DNA from: Caulobacteraceae bacterium
Lineage (GTDB): Bacteria > Pseudomonadota > Alphaproteobacteria > Caulobacterales > Caulobacteraceae
NCBI GenBank assembly: GCA_035493955.1
Contig: DATJHI010000003.1
Location: 971-64,970, forward strand
Length of the DNA: 64,000 nucleotides
Direction of reading: 5' to 3'
Under the pieces are notes generated by a model. It was not told the origin of the DNA and ran no database searches. It was given only the letters and a program-made list of their open reading frames with translations. Of this stretch, positions 60,579 through 64,000 are shown in pieces. How positions within the stretch are numbered: position 1 is the stretch's first letter; each line of letters opens with the position of its first letter. The position numbers and the translations under genes were made by a program.

Positions 60579-62009
60579 ATGGCGGTTCCTGCTGACCGAA
60601 AGCTGTTCCTCGGCGCCCGGCTGCGGCGGCTGCGCCGCGACCTGGGGCTGACCCAGAGCCGCATGGCCGACGACCTCGGCGTGTCGCCGAGCTATCTGAA
60701 CCTGTTGGAGCGCAACCAGCGGCCGGTGACCGCCCAGGTGCTGCTGCGGCTGGCCGACGCCTATGACCTGGATTTGCGCAGCCTGACGGCGGACGGGGAG
60801 GGCGGGGGCGCCGGCCTGAGCGAGGTGTTCGCCGATCCGCTGTTCCAGGACCTTGGCGTCTCGCGCCATGAGGTGGCGGAGGTCGCGGAAAATTCGCCGG
60901 GGGTCGCCGAGGCGGTGGTCAGGCTCTACCAGGCCTTCGCCGACCGGCGCCGGCTGGCCGAGCTGGTCGATCCCACCGGGGTGGAGGGCCCGGTGGCCGG
61001 TTCGGAGTCCACGCCTTCGAACAGCGTCCGGGACTTCATCCAGAGCCATAAGAACCACTTTCCCGAGCTGGAGGAGCGGGCCGAAGCCATCGCCGCCGAG
61101 CTTTCGGCGACCGGGCTGGACCTGGATCGGGCCCTGGGCGAACGGCTCTCCGCCAGGTTCCAGATCAGGGTGCAGGTGGTCCCGCGCGACGTGCTGCCGG
61201 ACCTCACCCGCCGCTTCGACCACCATCGCAAGCGCCTCTATCTGTCGGAACTGCTGAACGGACCGGGGCGGACCTTCGCCCTGGCCTATCATCTGGCTCT
61301 GCTGGAATGCGGCGAGGTCCTCAACAAGGTGGTCGGCCGGGCGGGGGCCCCGGACCGGCCGACCCGAAGCCTGCTCAAGGTGTCGCTCGCCAACTATGTC
61401 GCCGCGGCCCTGCTGATGCCCTACGAGGCGTTCCGTTCCGCGGTCGAGGAGAGCGGCTACGACATCGACCTCGTGCGCGCCCGGTTCGGCGTGAGCTTCG
61501 AACAGGCCTGCCACCGGCTGACCACTCTGGCCCGCCCGGGCGCACGGGGCGTGCCCTTCTTCATGCTGCGGCTGGATGCGGCCGGAAACATCTCCAAGCG
61601 CTTCGCCAGCGCGGTCTTTCCGTTCTCGCGCTTCGGCGGGACCTGTCCGAGATGGAACATCCACAGCGCCTTCCGGACGCCGCGGCGGATCCTGACCCAG
61701 GTGGTGGAGACGCCGGACGGCCAGCGCTACTTCACCCTGGCCCGCACCGTCGAGCGCCCCGCGACGCCCTACGCCGACGAGGATACCGACCTGGCCATAG
61801 GCCTGGGTTGCGAGCTCAAATATGCGCCCAAGCTGGTCTATGCCCGGGGTCTGGACCTGGCCGCGCCGCGGGCGACCCCCATCGGCCCGGCCTGCCGGAT
61901 CTGCGAACGGCAGGCCTGTCCCCAGCGGGCGGCCGAGCCGATCAGCCGCACCCTGATCGTCGATGAATTGTCCAAGTCGGTCTCGCCCTATCCGTTCGCC
62001 CCCGGCTAG
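60579..62009 (+). CDS. XRE-family HTH regulator with ImmA/IrrE-like metallopeptidase and DUF2083 domains (RamB/ScfR-like)
   Basis: N-terminal HTH (LGARLRRLRRDLGLTQSRMADDLGVSPSYLNLLERNQR), a long C-terminal domain with a Cys cluster (CRICERQAC), and a position divergent from aceA, as for RamB/PrpR-type regulators. Confidence 0.85.
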   Translation: MAVPADRKLFLGARLRRLRRDLGLTQSRMADDLGVSPSYLNLLERNQRPVTAQVLLRLADAYDLDLRSLTADGEGGGAGLSEVFADPLFQDLGVSRHEVAEVAENSPGVAEAVVRLYQAFADRRRLAELVDPTGVEGPVAGSESTPSNSVRDFIQSHKNHFPELEERAEAIAAELSATGLDLDRALGERLSARFQIRVQVVPRDVLPDLTRRFDHHRKRLYLSELLNGPGRTFALAYHLALLECGEVLNKVVGRAGAPDRPTRSLLKVSLANYVAAALLMPYEAFRSAVEESGYDIDLVRARFGVSFEQACHRLTTLARPGARGVPFFMLRLDAAGNISKRFASAVFPFSRFGGTCPRWNIHSAFRTPRRILTQVVETPDGQRYFTLARTVERPATPYADEDTDLAIGLGCELKYAPKLVYARGLDLAAPRATPIGPACRICERQACPQRAAEPISRTLIVDELSKSVSPYPFAPG

Positions 62010-62038
62010 AGCGTAAATCCCGCCCTAGATGATCAGCT

Positions 62039-63127
62039 CTAGCGCCTGGAGCCGGCCAGGGCCGCGCGGACCGCGGGATGGATGATCTGGCCGGCGGCGA
62101 CGTTGAGCCCGTCGGCGAAATGCGGGTCGGCCAGCATCGTCTGGACCCCGGCGTCGGCCATGCGCAGGACGTAGGGCAGGGTCGCCGCCGTGAGCGCCAG
62201 GGTCGAGGTCAGAGGGGCCGCCCCCGGCATGTTGGCCACGCAGTAGTGGATGATGTCGTCGACGACGAAGACGGGGTCGTCGTGGCTGGTCGGGTGGCTG
62301 GTCTCAAAGCAGCCACCCTGGTCGATGGCCACGTCCACGAGCACCGCCCTCGGTTTCATCAATTTAAGGTCCTCCCGCCGGATCAGCTTGGGGGCCGCGG
62401 CGCCGGGGCGAAGCACGCAGCCGATGACCAGGTCCGCCGTGGGCAGGAAATCGAGCAGCGCCTGTCGCGACGAATAGAGCGTGCGCACGCGCCCGCCGAA
62501 CTGGATGTCGACCGCCGCCAGCCTGTCCGCGGCGATATCGAAAACCGTGACCTCGGCGCGCAGGCCCACGGCGATCTCCGCGGCGTGCATCCCTGAAACC
62601 CCCGCGCCCAGAATACCGACCCGGGCCGGGGCGACGCCGGGGACCCCCGACATCAGCAGCCCGCGCCCGGCCGGCTTCAGGAGGTAGGCGGCGCCGGCCA
62701 TGGCCGCCATGCGTCCGGCCACCTGGCTCATCGGGGCGAGCAGGGGCAGCCGACCCTGTTCGTCGGTGACCGTCTCGTAGGCGATCGCCGTGCAGCCCGA
62801 CTTGATCAGGCCCTGGGTCTGCTTCGGGTCGGCCGCGAGGTGCAGATAGGCGAACAGGGTCTGGTCCGGCCGCAGGCGGGCGATCTCTTCGGCCTGCGGC
62901 TCCTTGACCTTGACGATCAGTTCGCTGGCCTCGAACACCGCGGCCCCGTCGGCCAGAATGTTCGCCCCCGCCACGCGGTAGTCCGCATCGGAGAGGCCGA
63001 CGCCTGCGCCGGCCCTCTGTTCGACGCAGACCTGATGGCCGTGGGCGACCAGCTCGCCGACGCCGGCGGGGGTCAGCCCGACCCGGAACTCCCGCGCCTT
63101 GATCTCCCTGACCGTGCCGATCCGCAT
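62039..63127 (-). CDS. ald: Alanine dehydrogenase
   Basis: Trimmed to ATG 63127 (MRIGTVREIKAREFRVGLTP...) after GAGGAGA. NAD fold VGILGAGVSG. 362 aa. Confidence 0.95.
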   Translation of the reverse strand: MRIGTVREIKAREFRVGLTPAGVGELVAHGHQVCVEQRAGAGVGLSDADYRVAGANILADGAAVFEASELIVKVKEPQAEEIARLRPDQTLFAYLHLAADPKQTQGLIKSGCTAIAYETVTDEQGRLPLLAPMSQVAGRMAAMAGAAYLLKPAGRGLLMSGVPGVAPARVGILGAGVSGMHAAEIAVGLRAEVTVFDIAADRLAAVDIQFGGRVRTLYSSRQALLDFLPTADLVIGCVLRPGAAAPKLIRREDLKLMKPRAVLVDVAIDQGGCFETSHPTSHDDPVFVVDDIIHYCVANMPGAAPLTSTLALTAATLPYVLRMADAGVQTMLADPHFADGLNVAAGQIIHPAVRAALAGSRR

Positions 63128-63344
63128 CGTCCGTCTCCTCGTGGGAAGACAACGTGCGACGAAGCGTTTGGTGATCGTCGCCGAAGCCGTCCGCATCTTA
63201 TGGGCCCGTTCCCCGTCAAACTCGGGAACCCATCGGGCGCTGCAGGATTAGTGCGGTTCGGGGCCTGCACTGACGTCAGGCGCGGATCGCGTGGGCCCTA
63301 TCGACTGCTGGAATATCGATGTTTGAGTCTGTGAGAGGATCGGG

Positions 63345-63578
63345 ATGGCCACATTCGAGGTCACTGTGGAGCGCGGTCACGAGGCTGAATCCTTCAACAC
63401 GGCGCTTTACAGATTCGTGGAGTTGAAACGAAGCTCCCTCGACGATTCCCTACTTGCGCTTGTGACCGAACCCCTCGGGCCAAAGGAGCGGAAGCGCGTC
63501 ACTCTATGGAGCGACGCGGCCGCTCAAGATTTCCAAACCTTCTGGCGCCTCTATTCTGGACGTCTCAAGAACGCCTAG
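63345..63578 (+). CDS. Hypothetical small soluble protein (77 aa), atypical composition
   Basis: ATG after GAGAGGA. About 57% G+C by my hand count, with many A/T-ending codons, unlike neighbouring genes. No motif recognised. Confidence 0.45.
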   Translation: MATFEVTVERGHEAESFNTALYRFVELKRSSLDDSLLALVTEPLGPKERKRVTLWSDAAAQDFQTFWRLYSGRLKNA

Positions 63579-63596
63579 GCAGGCTTGGAGACCAGG

Positions 63597-63818
63597 ATGG
63601 CGCGCATCAAGGCCCGGGATATGCGGGCGATAGCGTTTTGCATCGCCACCATCGCCTTGGTCATGGCCGCCGCATTCCAGCTGTTTGGCAGCTGGTTGCC
63701 GACGGGCGCCAGCACCGCCGCCTATGCAGTTTGGATACTGACGCGCGCGCGCATGATCCGCGTGTACCGTCGCCTGGGCGGCGAAAGCGTCGAACGCAGC
63801 AGCTATTACAGAAACTGA
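63597..63818 (+). CDS. Hypothetical small membrane protein (73 aa, 2 TM)
   Basis: ATG 63597 after GGAGA. Two hydrophobic segments (AIAFCIATIALVMAAAF and ASTAAYAVWILT) and a basic C-terminal tail. It begins 18 nt after the previous ORF. Confidence 0.45.
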   Translation: MARIKARDMRAIAFCIATIALVMAAAFQLFGSWLPTGASTAAYAVWILTRARMIRVYRRLGGESVERSSYYRN

Positions 63819-63854
63819 GCCCTTCGGTCGCCGCCGCGATCCATGATCGTCGGG

Positions 63855-63894
63855 TCCCGAACGTGGAACCTCACCGCGAGACGGGGTTTTTTTT
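63855..63894 (+). terminator. T8 tract with a weak upstream hairpin after the two small ORFs
   Basis: A run of 8 T (63887..63894) is exceptional in this GC-rich window. It follows CGGGG, which can pair with TCCCG about 25 nt upstream. The stem is weak. Confidence 0.3.
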
Positions 63895-64000
63895 AGGAGG
63901 CGGACATCGGGGCCTGACACAGGATCACGGCGGTGGAAGCAGAACAGGCGACAGCGGCGCGATCGGCTCTTTCCCGCTCCCTCCATGGCGCGGGCGGTCG

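Overview
This is a 64 kb high-GC chromosomal segment. Its gene content looks alphaproteobacterial, possibly Caulobacterales or Sphingomonadales, but that assignment is inference only. I support about 57 protein genes. I saw no rRNA, tRNA, CRISPR array, transposase or integrase. Most of the window is core metabolism:
- an acetoin/2-oxoacid dehydrogenase-like operon (E1alpha, E1beta, aldehyde dehydrogenase, E2, 2-hydroxyacid dehydrogenase) with a divergent GntR regulator
- gltBD
- purU-folD
- a compact glyoxylate-shunt locus (RamB-like regulator, aceA, an untracked 57-aa ORF, glcG, glcB, convergent malic enzyme)
- ald and dctA
- an iron-uptake module (PepSY protein, TonB-dependent receptor, PiuC hydroxylase) with Fur-box-like sites

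The parts most worth a second look are:
1. Two tandem paralogous genes, each encoding a secreted protein built from two SnoaL/NTF2-like halves. They share a 553-bp near-identical block, which suggests gene conversion.
2. A pseudo-receiver response regulator with Glu at the phospho-acceptor position and an Arg-rich Cle-like tail. It is translationally coupled to an unknown 161-aa protein.
3. A MarR / paired 4-TM protein / PdxA-family dehydrogenase / phthalate-family Rieske oxygenase / DASS permease / TauE cluster with no reductase in view.
4. A GH75-like gene coupled to a nitrobindin-like gene.
5. A palindrome-dense AT-rich spacer upstream of an orphan RTX gene.
6. A compositionally atypical two-gene module at the right edge.

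The many long Arg/Gly/Pro-rich ORFs antisense to real genes are high-GC artefacts. All functional calls come from reading the translated ORFs against remembered family motifs. No database search was run.
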